DNA of 64,000 nt, taken from contig JBNKOC010000003.1 in NCBI GenBank assembly GCA_050294405.1, forward strand, positions 1-64,000. Direction: 5' to 3'. Position 1 is the first letter of the stretch. Each line of letters starts with the position of its first letter. The notes beneath the pieces were generated by a model that was not told where the DNA came from, made no database searches, and saw nothing but the letters and a program-made list of their open reading frames with translations. Of the stretch, positions 28,174 through 38,703 are shown piece after piece. The translations under genes and the position numbers were made by a program. Source of the DNA: Fibrobacteria bacterium. Its GTDB lineage: Bacteria; Fibrobacterota; Fibrobacteria; UBA11236; JADFYW01.

Positions 28174-29367
28174 ATGAAAAAATGGTTATTACTAATTCCT
28201 ATGCTGCTCGTTTTTTTGAGCGGGTGTTTTAATAAAGATAATGTTACTGGAAATTCGTCTCAGACAGGGAATTCTGACATCGAATTAACTGGCCGTGTTT
28301 TGGATAAAAATGGGAATCCAATTGATGGGGTGGTCGCCCATTTGGCGAGGACAGGCCTAACTGATACGACTGATAACCAAGGAAGATACTTGATAATGGG
28401 GGATATCTCCGAGTCCTCTAAAAAATTATCCGCCGAAGAGGTGCTGGATACATTGGTGTTTGTTCAGGATGGTCAATATGTTGCCTATTTGGATGTGGAA
28501 AAATGGGTAGACACGCTTCCTGATGTAAGGCTTGTCCAACGTAATTTTTCCGGTTCACTATCAGGGCCAACACAGGATGTTTACAAGGTAGAGGCTATTT
28601 TAAATGGCAATGGAATCCTAGTGGATAACCCTGTGGTGGCAGAACTTTTTTATAATAAACCCTCTAATGAATTCAGCGGTTTCATTTATTTTCCTAATGG
28701 TAAAAATACCATGTATTATGAAATATACGTTAATGTGTATAATGAAGATGGTCAGTTGATGAGCAAAAGCGATGTTCTTTTTTTTAACAGCAAGGCGGGG
28801 GATATAACTTTACCCAGTTTTCATGCTAAAACATTGCTCCCTATCGCTATGGCTGGAAACGACATAACAGCATCCATCAAAGACACTCTGACTCTTAATG
28901 GTATGGTCGATGATAACTTCCTTGGCACAGTAACTCAATGGGAGTGGAATATTGGTGGTAAAGGATTTGAAGAAACAACTTCAGGCGAAGTGACTATTGG
29001 CTTACCTGATGTTGCAACTCCTGAATATTCGAGTGTCCTGCGTGTAACTGATGATAATGGAAATACTTCTGAGGATACTGTTTTAATTCAGGTACTGCAA
29101 GATGCTCCCAATGTTATAATTACGGGAGACTCGGCTGGAGTTGTTAATGACACTCTTTACTTTAATGCCGATGCCACTGATGTATACGGGAAAATTTTAA
29201 AATATCGATGGAGTGATGGAATTGGTAGTGGAGTCGACGATTCCACAGGGTCGGAGTTTATGGTGCATTTTTCGGAAGAAAATGTTTATACCATAATTGT
29301 TGAAGTGGAAGATGACGATGGGAATATTGCTCAGGATAGCGTAAAAATCGAGGTGGTCGCGAAATAA
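28174..29367 (+). CDS. lipoprotein with carboxypeptidase-regulatory-like and PKD-like domains
   Basis: FLSGC lipobox, GNSSQTGN, LTGRVLDKNGNPIDG..TTDNQGRY; PIAMAGND..LRVTDDNG and VEVEDDDG PKD-like repeats; alternative start 28153. Confidence 0.75.
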   Translation: MKKWLLLIPMLLVFLSGCFNKDNVTGNSSQTGNSDIELTGRVLDKNGNPIDGVVAHLARTGLTDTTDNQGRYLIMGDISESSKKLSAEEVLDTLVFVQDGQYVAYLDVEKWVDTLPDVRLVQRNFSGSLSGPTQDVYKVEAILNGNGILVDNPVVAELFYNKPSNEFSGFIYFPNGKNTMYYEIYVNVYNEDGQLMSKSDVLFFNSKAGDITLPSFHAKTLLPIAMAGNDITASIKDTLTLNGMVDDNFLGTVTQWEWNIGGKGFEETTSGEVTIGLPDVATPEYSSVLRVTDDNGNTSEDTVLIQVLQDAPNVIITGDSAGVVNDTLYFNADATDVYGKILKYRWSDGIGSGVDDSTGSEFMVHFSEENVYTIIVEVEDDDGNIAQDSVKIEVVAK

Positions 29368-29403
29368 GTCAATCTCAATTGAAATCGGATTTAAATAAAA
29401 TCA

Positions 29404-29431
29404 TTGATTATTTTCAAATCTGTGTTATAAT
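29404..29431 (+). promoter_or_regulatory. sigma70-type promoter of the chemotaxis operon
   Basis: TTGATT-N16-TATAAT with extended -10 TG. Confidence 0.5.
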
Positions 29432-29577
29432 AATCAGAGTAAAGTAGCGTTTACAAAAAACTAAAAATTCACTGAATAGGCTTAATTCAAGTTGAGTTTT
29501 TGTGAAAATTTCAATGGGCGAGGCAGTATTCCCGCCGAGATTTTAAATCAATTGGGAATGTATTAGGAGGCCCGTCC

Positions 29578-31743
29578 TTGACGTTAAAAAAATCCGACAA
29601 GATTCGAAGTATAATAGAGGAAATCTCGCTGGATACTGTTTTATTGGATTATGAAAATCCTTCTTCAATAGAGCAGGTGCTCGTAAAAATTGAAAGCCTA
29701 AAATCTTTAAATCTGTATCCAAAGGTTCAAGAACCCCTAACTAGGTGCAAAGAACTTGTTAACGGACTTTTAGAAGTGAAATACGATTCCTTTACATGGA
29801 ATCAAAAACTTCTGGAAATTTCGAATCTTATTTCGGGGGTCAAAGAAATAGTTGCAAACACTCCGAGAAAAAAAAATAGGAGTTCCAAAAAGAAGGAAAG
29901 TTCATATGAAATCAATCCTGGGTTTAAATCAAATTCTAATGAGGATATTGAAGCCCCAATTGATGTGGAGAGCCTAGGTGATATTTCTCTTCTTCAGGAC
30001 TTTATTTGCGAGTCAAAGGAACATTTGCTGGAAACAGAGTCTTTGCTTCTGGAGATTGAAGAAAATGTGGGGAATGCCAATGCTCTTGATGGGGTTTTCA
30101 GGGTTTTTCACACCATTAAGGGAACCGCCAGTTTTTTAGAAATAACCCCTATTAGGATTTTGGCTCATAAGGCAGAAAATCTTTTAGCAAAGGCCCGAGA
30201 AGGGGAAATTCTGCTTAAAGATGAATACATGGAGACGGTTTTTTCATCTGTTGAGGGAATGCGTAGAGAATTGGCCGCCTTGTCCATTGCGGTAGCGAAA
30301 AAAGGGAGCTATCTCCCCAGTCCAGATCTTAAGAATTTAATTGGTCAAATTAGCAGTCTTGTTGACAATGCAATAAACAGCCAAGTACAGGAAGTTAAAT
30401 CGCTTGATGTATTGAGAAATAACATGCCGTTAAACCAGGAAAACAGTCGAGGGAACTCCAGTTCAAATCCTGAAAGGGCTACCCCCTCTAATACCAATTT
30501 GTCTCTCAATGATTTTATTAAGGTAGATACAGGCCGGCTTGACATGTTGTTAAATATTATAGGAGAGCTGGTAATCACAGAATCTATTGTCACTGGTGAT
30601 CCGGAAATTACCCGAAGGGCCTCTATGAGGGTGCGAAAAAACCTCCACCAGCTAACTAAAATTACCAGAAACCTGCAAGAAGTTGGAACAACTCTTAGAA
30701 TGCTAACATTGCGTTCCACTTTTCAAAAGATGAACATGGTAGTAAGAAACCTGGTTAAAAATTCAAATAAAAAAATCCAATTGGTTTCAATGGGCCAGGA
30801 AACAGAGTTAGATAAATCTATTATAGAGCATATCGGAGACCCCCTTGTCCATCTAATCCGGAATTGCGCAGACCACGGAATAGAATCTCCCGAAGAAAGA
30901 ATTGCTGCTGGAAAACCGGAAGAAGGAACAATCTACCTAAGGGCTTTTCAAAAAAGTGGAAGCATATATATTGAAATAGAGGACGATGGACGGGGTTTGG
31001 ATAAACATGCCATCCTAAATAAAGGCAGAGAAAGAGGCTTTTTGCCGACACACATAATGCCTGATGATTGTGATATATTTCAAACCATTTTTAAGCCAGG
31101 TTTTTCAACCATGGAAACTGTGACCGATCTTTCTGGTAGAGGGGTGGGTATGGATGTGGTGAAAAAAAATGTGGACAAATTAAGGGGAAACATTGAGATC
31201 CAAACTGATAAAGGCCGAGGGACAAAATTTACCATTATCTTGCCTTTAACGCTGGCCATAATAGATGGAATGGTTGTGCGTATAGCTAATGAGCGTTACA
31301 TTATTCCAACACTTTCGATTATCGAGTCTTTTAGACCAAAATCAGAGGACTTAACGAGGGTGTTAGGTAATGGCACCTTACTTGAATTTCGTGGGAATCG
31401 AATACCTCTTTTATCCCTAAGCGATTATTTCGGCATTAATCGACTGGAAAATTCTACTTCAAATTCAATTGTTGTTGTAGTCGAAGTAATGAATAAATTA
31501 GTTGGCCTGGTAGTGGATAAACTGGAAGGACAGCAACAAACTGTAGTGAAAAGTCTAGGGGATGGGGTGCCCAAAATAGAAGCGGTATCCGGGGGAGCCA
31601 TTATGCAAGATGGTTCCATATGTCTCATATTAGATATACCATCTTTAATTAACACAGCTTTGACTTCAAACAAAAAGTTTGGAGTTATTTCATCGAAAAA
31701 TCTAAAAGAGGAAAATTATGAAAACGGAATCCATCTCCAATAA
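29578..31743 (+). CDS. cheA: chemotaxis histidine kinase CheA
   Basis: Hpt FRVFHTIKG, dimerisation IKVDTGRLD, HLIRNCADHGIE, DDGRG, SGRGVGMDVV, C-terminal CheW domain; AGGAGG SD, TTG start. Confidence 0.96.
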   Translation: MTLKKSDKIRSIIEEISLDTVLLDYENPSSIEQVLVKIESLKSLNLYPKVQEPLTRCKELVNGLLEVKYDSFTWNQKLLEISNLISGVKEIVANTPRKKNRSSKKKESSYEINPGFKSNSNEDIEAPIDVESLGDISLLQDFICESKEHLLETESLLLEIEENVGNANALDGVFRVFHTIKGTASFLEITPIRILAHKAENLLAKAREGEILLKDEYMETVFSSVEGMRRELAALSIAVAKKGSYLPSPDLKNLIGQISSLVDNAINSQVQEVKSLDVLRNNMPLNQENSRGNSSSNPERATPSNTNLSLNDFIKVDTGRLDMLLNIIGELVITESIVTGDPEITRRASMRVRKNLHQLTKITRNLQEVGTTLRMLTLRSTFQKMNMVVRNLVKNSNKKIQLVSMGQETELDKSIIEHIGDPLVHLIRNCADHGIESPEERIAAGKPEEGTIYLRAFQKSGSIYIEIEDDGRGLDKHAILNKGRERGFLPTHIMPDDCDIFQTIFKPGFSTMETVTDLSGRGVGMDVVKKNVDKLRGNIEIQTDKGRGTKFTIILPLTLAIIDGMVVRIANERYIIPTLSIIESFRPKSEDLTRVLGNGTLLEFRGNRIPLLSLSDYFGINRLENSTSNSIVVVVEVMNKLVGLVVDKLEGQQQTVVKSLGDGVPKIEAVSGGAIMQDGSICLILDIPSLINTALTSNKKFGVISSKNLKEENYENGIHLQ

Positions 31744-32239
31744 AACCGACGGAGTTTTGAATCCAATTTCCAATCTTGGAGGAAAATACCTCACCTTTAA
31801 GTTATTTGGCGAAACATACGGTTTAGATATACTTAAGGTTCAGGAAATTATAGGTATAATGGAAATTACCCGTTTGCCCAGAACACCGGAATATCTGAGA
31901 GGGATAATAAACCTTCGAGGTAGGGTGATTCCAGTATTGGAACTGAGGGCGAAATTCGAACTTGAGTCCGTTGAAGATACAAAAAGAACCTGTATTATAG
32001 TAATGAGGATTCAAACCAGGGACAAAGATCTTATCATGGGGATTTTGGTTGATGAGGTTTCCGAGGTTTTGGATATAGCGCATGAAGATATATCAGAAAC
32101 ACCTGAAATGGGTGAGGGAATTCGCACTGAATATTTATCCGGGATTGGGAAAGTCAATAAATCCGTTATCATGTTGTTAAATATCGAAAGAGTTTTGACA
32201 AACCAGGAATATTCAGAAATAGCGAATATAGGTCAATAA
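31718..32239 (+). CDS. cheW: chemotaxis protein CheW
   Basis: YLTFKL..YGLDILKVQEII, GIINLRGRVIPV, GILVDEVSEV. Confidence 0.96.
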   Translation: MKTESISNKTDGVLNPISNLGGKYLTFKLFGETYGLDILKVQEIIGIMEITRLPRTPEYLRGIINLRGRVIPVLELRAKFELESVEDTKRTCIIVMRIQTRDKDLIMGILVDEVSEVLDIAHEDISETPEMGEGIRTEYLSGIGKVNKSVIMLLNIERVLTNQEYSEIANIGQ

Positions 32240-32270
32240 TAAATTTTTAATATAATCCAAGGAGCCGTCA

Positions 32271-34403
32271 ATGTTTAAAAGAATGAAACTGACTACCAAA
32301 ATCACGCTTGGTTTTGGACTTTCAGGAGCAGTCCTTCTAATAGCGGTGCTAAGCACCATGATAATGATGAATAGCATGAATAATGTTACAAACCGTGTTG
32401 TGGAATTGCGGTCTCCTACAGCAATGGCCAGTATAGAAATGTTAAATGGAATGAATCAATCCCTTGCCGCGCTTCGAGGATGGATAATTCTTGGAGATAA
32501 CAAATTTAAAGAGGAACGATCATTCGCCTGGAATGAAGGGATTGATAAATCTTTCAGTAATCTGAAAGCTTTGTCAAAAAATTGGACTAATCCTGAAAAT
32601 ATAAATCGCCTGAAAAATATTGAGTCCAATTTGGGCGAGTTTAAAAAGTATCAAAAGGAAATTGAAGATATTGCTCAAACGCCCGAAAACCAACCTGCCC
32701 TAAAAATTCTTCTAACCCAAGCCGCCCCAAGGGCATCCATATTAGCAGAAAAAATTACTGATATAATTGATATAGAATTGGAACAACCAGCCACAGATAA
32801 ACGAAAAGCTCTTTTGGGCATGATGGCCGATGTTAGAGGAACAACTGGTCTGGCATTAGCAAATATCAGAGCTTTTCTTTTATCAGGTGATAATAAGTTT
32901 AAAGAAAAGTTTACAGCCTTGTGGAAAAAGAATGCACGACGTTTTGCGGATTTACAAAACTCTCAAAACTTATTGACCCCTGAACAGAAACGGCATTTTA
33001 TGGCATTTGCACAGGCAAGGACGGAGTTTGAGCCGCTGGTTCCAAAGATGTTTGAAATTAGGTCAGGCAAAGAATGGAACCTTGCTAATAACTGGCTTGG
33101 GACTAAAGCCGCTCCGATAGCTTATAAATTAACAACAAATTTGCAGGCGATGATGAAAGATCAAAAACAATTAATGTCAAATGATTTAATCCTTGCCCAG
33201 AAAACATCCAAACAATTAAAAACAGTAGAATGGATATTGCTTATTGTTGGGCTTGGCCTGTGTGTTTTAATAGGGATAGTTATTAGCAATTCTATTACAC
33301 GTCCTTTTAAAGATATTTTTAAAGGCTTATCTACTTTCAGCACCCTCGAATTAGAACAAACCGGGGAACAGTTTAGAAACATCATTGACAGTATGACTAA
33401 AGGGTCGGCTCAAGTTGCAGATGCATCTAACCAAGTTGCATCCGCCAGCCAGCAAATGGCCGAGGGAGCAAATGAACAAGCTTCAAGCTTAGAGGAAACT
33501 TCAGCATCGTTGGAGGAAATGGCTTCAATGACTAAACAAAATGCTGACAACTCAAATCAAGCTGATGTTGTTGCTAAAGCAGCTAAAGACTCCGCATTAA
33601 AGGGTATGGAAGCTATGGAAAGAATGTCTGGCGCAATTGAAAAAATCAAAGCTTCCTCGGATGAGACAGCTAACATCATTAAGACAATTGATGAAATTGC
33701 TTTTCAAACCAATCTTCTGGCTCTTAATGCTGCTGTCGAGGCAGCCAGGGCTGGCGATGCTGGAAAAGGGTTTGCTGTAGTTGCAGAGGAGGTTAGAAAT
33801 TTAGCCCAAAGATCAGCTGAAGCAGCAAAAGATACATCAGTATTGCTGGAGGAATCCAAAAAAAATAGTGAAAATGGTGTACATGTTTCTAATGAAGTTG
33901 CGGAGATCCTTAAAGAGATTTCCGAAGGAAATGACAAAGTGGTAAAATTAATAGCCGAAGTGGCTGTCGCCAGTAACGAGCAGGCCAGAGGAATTGATCA
34001 AGTAAATGAAGCTGTAGCCCAGATGGATAAAGTGACCCAGGCTAATGCAGCCAATGCTGAAGAGTCTGCTTCCGCAAGTGAAGAGCTCTCCGCCCAATCA
34101 AGAGAACTCAAGGAGACTATGGAAGCGCTAATCCGCATTGTGGAAGCAAATGATGGCACAGGCAGAACTAATTTTAAACCGAGCCCTGTTGAAAACCATG
34201 TTCCCCTAAATCATATTTCTATGGGTAAAAAACACTCCTCTTCAAATATCCATCATTTATTTGAACATGTGTTGACAGATGATCCTATCTCTGGTGGGCA
34301 TCAGTTTCGCAGCAGTAACCATAACGGCTCCAAAGATAAAGCCAAAAATGTTAAACACGAACAAATTATTCCATTAGATGATGACGATTTTAAGGACTTT
34401 TAA
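32271..34403 (+). CDS. methyl-accepting chemotaxis protein
   Basis: Two TM helices flanking a large helical periplasmic domain; [35 protein letters not shown]-terminal pentapeptide DFKDF. Confidence 0.96.
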   Translation: MFKRMKLTTKITLGFGLSGAVLLIAVLSTMIMMNSMNNVTNRVVELRSPTAMASIEMLNGMNQSLAALRGWIILGDNKFKEERSFAWNEGIDKSFSNLKALSKNWTNPENINRLKNIESNLGEFKKYQKEIEDIAQTPENQPALKILLTQAAPRASILAEKITDIIDIELEQPATDKRKALLGMMADVRGTTGLALANIRAFLLSGDNKFKEKFTALWKKNARRFADLQNSQNLLTPEQKRHFMAFAQARTEFEPLVPKMFEIRSGKEWNLANNWLGTKAAPIAYKLTTNLQAMMKDQKQLMSNDLILAQKTSKQLKTVEWILLIVGLGLCVLIGIVISNSITRPFKDIFKGLSTFSTLELEQTGEQFRNIIDSMTKGSAQVADASNQVASASQQMAEGANEQASSLEETSASLEEMASMTKQNADNSNQADVVAKAAKDSALKGMEAMERMSGAIEKIKASSDETANIIKTIDEIAFQTNLLALNAAVEAARAGDAGKGFAVVAEEVRNLAQRSAEAAKDTSVLLEESKKNSENGVHVSNEVAEILKEISEGNDKVVKLIAEVAVASNEQARGIDQVNEAVAQMDKVTQANAANAEESASASEELSAQSRELKETMEALIRIVEANDGTGRTNFKPSPVENHVPLNHISMGKKHSSSNIHHLFEHVLTDDPISGGHQFRSSNHNGSKDKAKNVKHEQIIPLDDDDFKDF

Positions 34404-34420
34404 AAATTTAAGTCAATAAA

Positions 34421-35227
34421 ATGAATACTACTTCTTACGAAAAAATAAGGAAGATTATTTATGATCACAGTGGAATTACGTTAAGAGAGGGTAAAGAATC
34501 TTTAGTAAATGCGCGCGTTGGTAAAAGACTTAGAACACTGAATTTATCGGACCTCAGTGCCTATCTTGATTACATAGAAAACGACTCAACCGGGCATGAA
34601 ATTCTTAATCTTTTAGATGTAATATCTACTAATGTAACCAGCTTTTTCAGGGAGTCCGGACATTTTGATATTCTTAAAGATCTGATGTCCAAATGGATTG
34701 ATAAGGGGCAGCGCAGGTTTCGATTCTGGTCTGCCGCCTGTTCCAGTGGAGAAGAACCCGTTACTCTGGCCATAACCCTGATGGAAAATTTTTCACATGT
34801 CCCAGGGCTGGATATCCGTATTCTTGCTACCGATATTTCGACCAGAATTCTGGAAAAAGCCCGCATGGGGATTTATTCTAACAGGCAGATGTTAGGCATT
34901 CCGGGCAATTTAAAGCAAAAATATTTTCGAAAGAAAACCTCATCCAAGGGAAACTTGTTCCTATTAAAAGAATCTATTAAGGCGCTTATTGTCTACAAAA
35001 GATTAAACTTAATACATACTCCATATCCGATGCCTGGTCCTTTGGATGCTATATTTTGCCGAAATGTGATGATCTATTTTGATAATCCAACACGATTAAA
35101 CTTATTAAAAGAGTCAGAGCGATTATTAAAGGATGGTGGTTATCTATTTGTGGGCCATGCAGAAAGTTTAACGGGTCAGCTTTGCGATTTAAAAAATATA
35201 AGGCCTTCGGTATATGCAAAACTTTAA
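34421..35227 (+). CDS. cheR: chemotaxis methyltransferase CheR
   Basis: TNVTSFFRE, WSAACSSGEEP, ATDIS, IFCRNVMIYF, GHAES. Confidence 0.96.
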   Translation: MNTTSYEKIRKIIYDHSGITLREGKESLVNARVGKRLRTLNLSDLSAYLDYIENDSTGHEILNLLDVISTNVTSFFRESGHFDILKDLMSKWIDKGQRRFRFWSAACSSGEEPVTLAITLMENFSHVPGLDIRILATDISTRILEKARMGIYSNRQMLGIPGNLKQKYFRKKTSSKGNLFLLKESIKALIVYKRLNLIHTPYPMPGPLDAIFCRNVMIYFDNPTRLNLLKESERLLKDGGYLFVGHAESLTGQLCDLKNIRPSVYAKL

Positions 35228-35258
35228 ATTTTCCATATAATCTTTTTAAGAATATCAT

Positions 35259-35756
35259 ATGAAAACTACACCAACTCAGTTTGTTACGGTAGTTGGACTT
35301 TCAGAATGTATAGTATCAAACGATCCGTTTGAGATTTTAATTACTCATTCTTTGGGATCTTGTCTTGGAATTAGCGCATGGGATCCTATTGCTGGGGTAG
35401 GAGGTTTGATGCATTGCATGTTGCCCCTTTCCCGGATTGACAGGGAAAAAGCAAAGAAGTATCCCGCAATGTTTGTGGATACGGGCTTTATCCATTTATT
35501 CCGTGAAATGAATTTAAGAGGCTCAAATAAAGAGGATGTGATTTTAAAAATTGCCGGATGCGGTCAAATTATGGATCCGAAAGGACTTTTTAATATTGGG
35601 AGCCGCAATGTCCAAGTTTTGGATAAATTATTGAAAAAAAATAATCTATCCATTAGCTCCCGCCTGATTGGGGGGGACTCTTCAAAAACTCTTGTTTTGA
35701 ATCTAAGATCTGGAACAACTATGGTAAAAAACAATGGCATATATTCTGAAATATAG
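35259..35756 (+). CDS. cheD: chemoreceptor glutamine deamidase CheD
   Basis: THSLGSC, GGLMHCMLP, NIGSRN. Confidence 0.93.
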   Translation: MKTTPTQFVTVVGLSECIVSNDPFEILITHSLGSCLGISAWDPIAGVGGLMHCMLPLSRIDREKAKKYPAMFVDTGFIHLFREMNLRGSNKEDVILKIAGCGQIMDPKGLFNIGSRNVQVLDKLLKKNNLSISSRLIGGDSSKTLVLNLRSGTTMVKNNGIYSEI

Positions 35757-35792
35757 CCTTCTTCTAATTGTTAAATTGTCAAGGAATCTAAA

Positions 35793-36830
35793 GTGATCCG
35801 AAAACCTGTTAGGGTTCTTATTGTGGATGATTCGGCTTTATTTAGGAAGGTCCTTCAAACCCAACTGGAAAAATATGAAGATATTGAAATTATTGGGACA
35901 GCATCCGATGTTTATGAGGCCCGGTATCAAATTATTGAAAATAAACCTGATGTTATTACTCTGGATATCGAAATGCCAAGAATGGATGGGATTACATTTT
36001 TACATAAGCTGATGAAGAGCAAACCTCTACCGGTAATTATACTGTCTTCCCAAACCAATGCTGGTGGGAGCATGGCTCTGAAGGCGTTCGATGAGGGTGC
36101 AATAGATGTATTGGATAAACCTGCCAATAAATCCGAAGTAAATGAAATGGTAGAGTCCCTCCATGAAAAAATCCTCGGGGCGTCGCAAATTGATATTAAC
36201 CAGTATCTTTTAAGTCTAAAACAAGCTCCGACTCAGATTACATCACGCTACCCAGGGCAAAGCAAGAGCCAGGCCATACTGGCAATTGGGGCTTCAACAG
36301 GAGGTACTGATGCAATACGGCGGATCTTAACAGCATTGCCTTCAGATGGCCCGCCAACCGTAGTTGTTCAACATATGCCTAAACATTTTACCAAATCCTT
36401 TGCGGAAAGATTGAACCGGGAGTCGGCCATGTCTGTTAAAGAAGCCGAAAATGGGGATAGTCTGCGGCAAGGGCTGGTATTGATAGCTCCGGGAGATTTC
36501 CATATGTTATTAAAAAAATCACCGGGTGGATACCGGGTTATTCTTAAGACTGGGCCCATGGTATACCATCAACGACCTTCTGTCGAAGTCCTTTTCAATT
36601 CAGTTGCTTCAGAGGCCCGCGAAAATGCGATTGGAGTAATCCTTACAGGAATGGGAAAAGACGGGGCCAAGGGGTTATTAAAAATGAAAGAGGCTGGGGC
36701 GCTCACACTTGCGCAAAGTGAAGAATCCTGTGTGGTCTTTGGAATGCCAAAAGAAGCCATTGACCTTGGTGCTCCTAAGTTGGTGCTGTCTCTTGACAAA
36801 ATTCCCATCCGTATCCTGGCTGGGATATAG
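35793..36830 (+). CDS. cheB: chemotaxis response regulator methylesterase CheB
   Basis: REC domain VDDS..TLDIEMP; GASTGG, VQHMP, LTGMGKDG; GTG start. Confidence 0.96.
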   Translation: MIRKPVRVLIVDDSALFRKVLQTQLEKYEDIEIIGTASDVYEARYQIIENKPDVITLDIEMPRMDGITFLHKLMKSKPLPVIILSSQTNAGGSMALKAFDEGAIDVLDKPANKSEVNEMVESLHEKILGASQIDINQYLLSLKQAPTQITSRYPGQSKSQAILAIGASTGGTDAIRRILTALPSDGPPTVVVQHMPKHFTKSFAERLNRESAMSVKEAENGDSLRQGLVLIAPGDFHMLLKKSPGGYRVILKTGPMVYHQRPSVEVLFNSVASEARENAIGVILTGMGKDGAKGLLKMKEAGALTLAQSEESCVVFGMPKEAIDLGAPKLVLSLDKIPIRILAGI

Positions 36831-36849
36831 CCTGGTTTAAGATTAAAAT

Positions 36850-38508
36850 TTAGTCCAATTTATCTTCAGCTATATGCCATTCGAGGCTTTCAATTACGCT
36901 GAGTTCCACAATATTAGAAGCATTGCCTAGGAGAAGCTTACATTCCTTGCTTAAGTTAAGCAAATGGAGCTTTTTTTTATATTGATTGTATTTATCAGTA
37001 ATATTTTGCAGAGCTTCAATTCCGGAGTGGTCCCACACCCGGGCCTCCTTAAAATCAATAACAACGTGTTCTTTATCCTTTTTGAAATCAAAGATGTTTT
37101 TAAAGGAGTGAATGGACCCGAAAAACAATGGACCTTTTAGGCGGTACACGGTTCGTTCTTTGTAGTTATGCCGTTCCGCATCCATTTCTTTTCCATGCTT
37201 CCAGGCAAAAACCAACGCCGATATTATTATCCCTACAAATACGGCTATGGCCAAGTCAAAAAATACAGTAACTGTGGAAACAGTAACAATTACCAGCAAA
37301 TCAGAACCCGGTATCTTTCCCAATAAACGCAGGCTGGACCATTCAAATGTGCCGATAACCACTAAAAACATGACACCCACTAAAGCAGCCAGGGGAATTC
37401 GTTCTATAAAGGAAGCGCCAAAAATTATAAAGATCAATAGAAAGACAGCTGAGGTTATTCCGGATAACCTTCCCCGGCCGCCCCCCCGAATGTTAATAAT
37501 GCTTTGTCCTATCATTGCACAACCTCCCATACCCCCGAAAAAGCCATTGGCTATGTTGGCAAGACCCTGGCCAATACATTCCTTATTTCCCTTACCTCTG
37601 GTCTCTGTGATTTCATCAATAAGAGTCAAAGTCATCAAGGATTCAATCAGGCCTACGGAAGCAGCTAATATGGAATAGGGCAATATTAACTTTATGGTTT
37701 CTAATGAAAAAGGAACATCAGGTAGTGAAAAGCCGGGAAAGCCTGCAGCCAAGGTTTGAATATTAGGGTTGCCGTCTTTTACAAAATCCAAAACTACTTT
37801 AACAGAGCCCGGTGAAAATCTATTAATAACATATCCAATGATGGAGACGCTAACGATACCAGCAAGGGTTGCGGGAATAGCTTTAGTATATTTTGGAAGC
37901 ACTATGCCAATGGCCATTGTGAGGGCTACAAGCAAAAGCATCAATAGCAACGGGACAGATGGAAGGATGTTTCCACCTTGAGTGAATTGTGAAAACTGCG
38001 ACTTAAAAATTATTATGGCTAATCCATTCACAAAACCCAGCATTACAGGGTGGGGGACCAGTCTAATAAACTTTCCCAGTTTTAATGCACCAAAGGTTAT
38101 CTGAATCATTCCCATTAATATGACGGCAACAAATAAATAACCTAAGGCGCTTTCCATGGATTCGGCAAAACTCAATCCCAATGCCTGTTTTTTTTCCATT
38201 ACCATTGCAATCATGGGTGCAAAAATAACGGCTACAGCGCCGGTAGCGCCTGAAATCATTCCCGGGCGTCCACCCAATACAGATGTAATGAGGCCCATAA
38301 TAAAGGCGGCATATAGCCCTACCTTGGGGTCCACGCCAGCAACAAAGGAAAAGGCTATGGCTTCAGGTACCAGCGCAAGGGCGACGGTTAAACCTGATAA
38401 TATATCGTTCTTAATGTTCTGCGGTCGCCGAATGCGTATGGGGACCCATTTATTTTCTGTTTTGCTTAGTTCTCGGCTATTTTTTTTAGTGCTATCCGTA
38501 TCAGTCAT
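36850..38508 (-). CDS. SulP family inorganic anion transporter with STAS domain
   Basis: DILSGLTVALALVPEAIAF, GGRPGMISGATGA, GGCAMIGQS, GPLFFGS, WDHSGIEA. Confidence 0.95.
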   Translation of the reverse strand: MTDTDSTKKNSRELSKTENKWVPIRIRRPQNIKNDILSGLTVALALVPEAIAFSFVAGVDPKVGLYAAFIMGLITSVLGGRPGMISGATGAVAVIFAPMIAMVMEKKQALGLSFAESMESALGYLFVAVILMGMIQITFGALKLGKFIRLVPHPVMLGFVNGLAIIIFKSQFSQFTQGGNILPSVPLLLMLLLVALTMAIGIVLPKYTKAIPATLAGIVSVSIIGYVINRFSPGSVKVVLDFVKDGNPNIQTLAAGFPGFSLPDVPFSLETIKLILPYSILAASVGLIESLMTLTLIDEITETRGKGNKECIGQGLANIANGFFGGMGGCAMIGQSIINIRGGGRGRLSGITSAVFLLIFIIFGASFIERIPLAALVGVMFLVVIGTFEWSSLRLLGKIPGSDLLVIVTVSTVTVFFDLAIAVFVGIIISALVFAWKHGKEMDAERHNYKERTVYRLKGPLFFGSIHSFKNIFDFKKDKEHVVIDFKEARVWDHSGIEALQNITDKYNQYKKKLHLLNLSKECKLLLGNASNIVELSVIESLEWHIAEDKLD

Positions 38509-38703
38509 GTATTTTTATCTATCTCCAAAATCATTAAAACCCTTTAAAGGTCTGAAAAGCTGGAGACAATAGTTGAGTATTGAAATTCCCAGCCGCTATT
38601 ACGCACTCAGGATTGCAAGGGGCGAATCCAAAACTTTTTTGTGGATTCAGAAGCGTCTATAGTAATAACAAAGTCAGATTCTTCCAAATTTAAATTGGGA
38701 AGA

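Noticed and set aside
29404..29417. FNR-like box TTGAT-N4-TTCAA
   Set aside because: One mismatch in AT-rich DNA, and it is explained equally well as the -35 of the che promoter.
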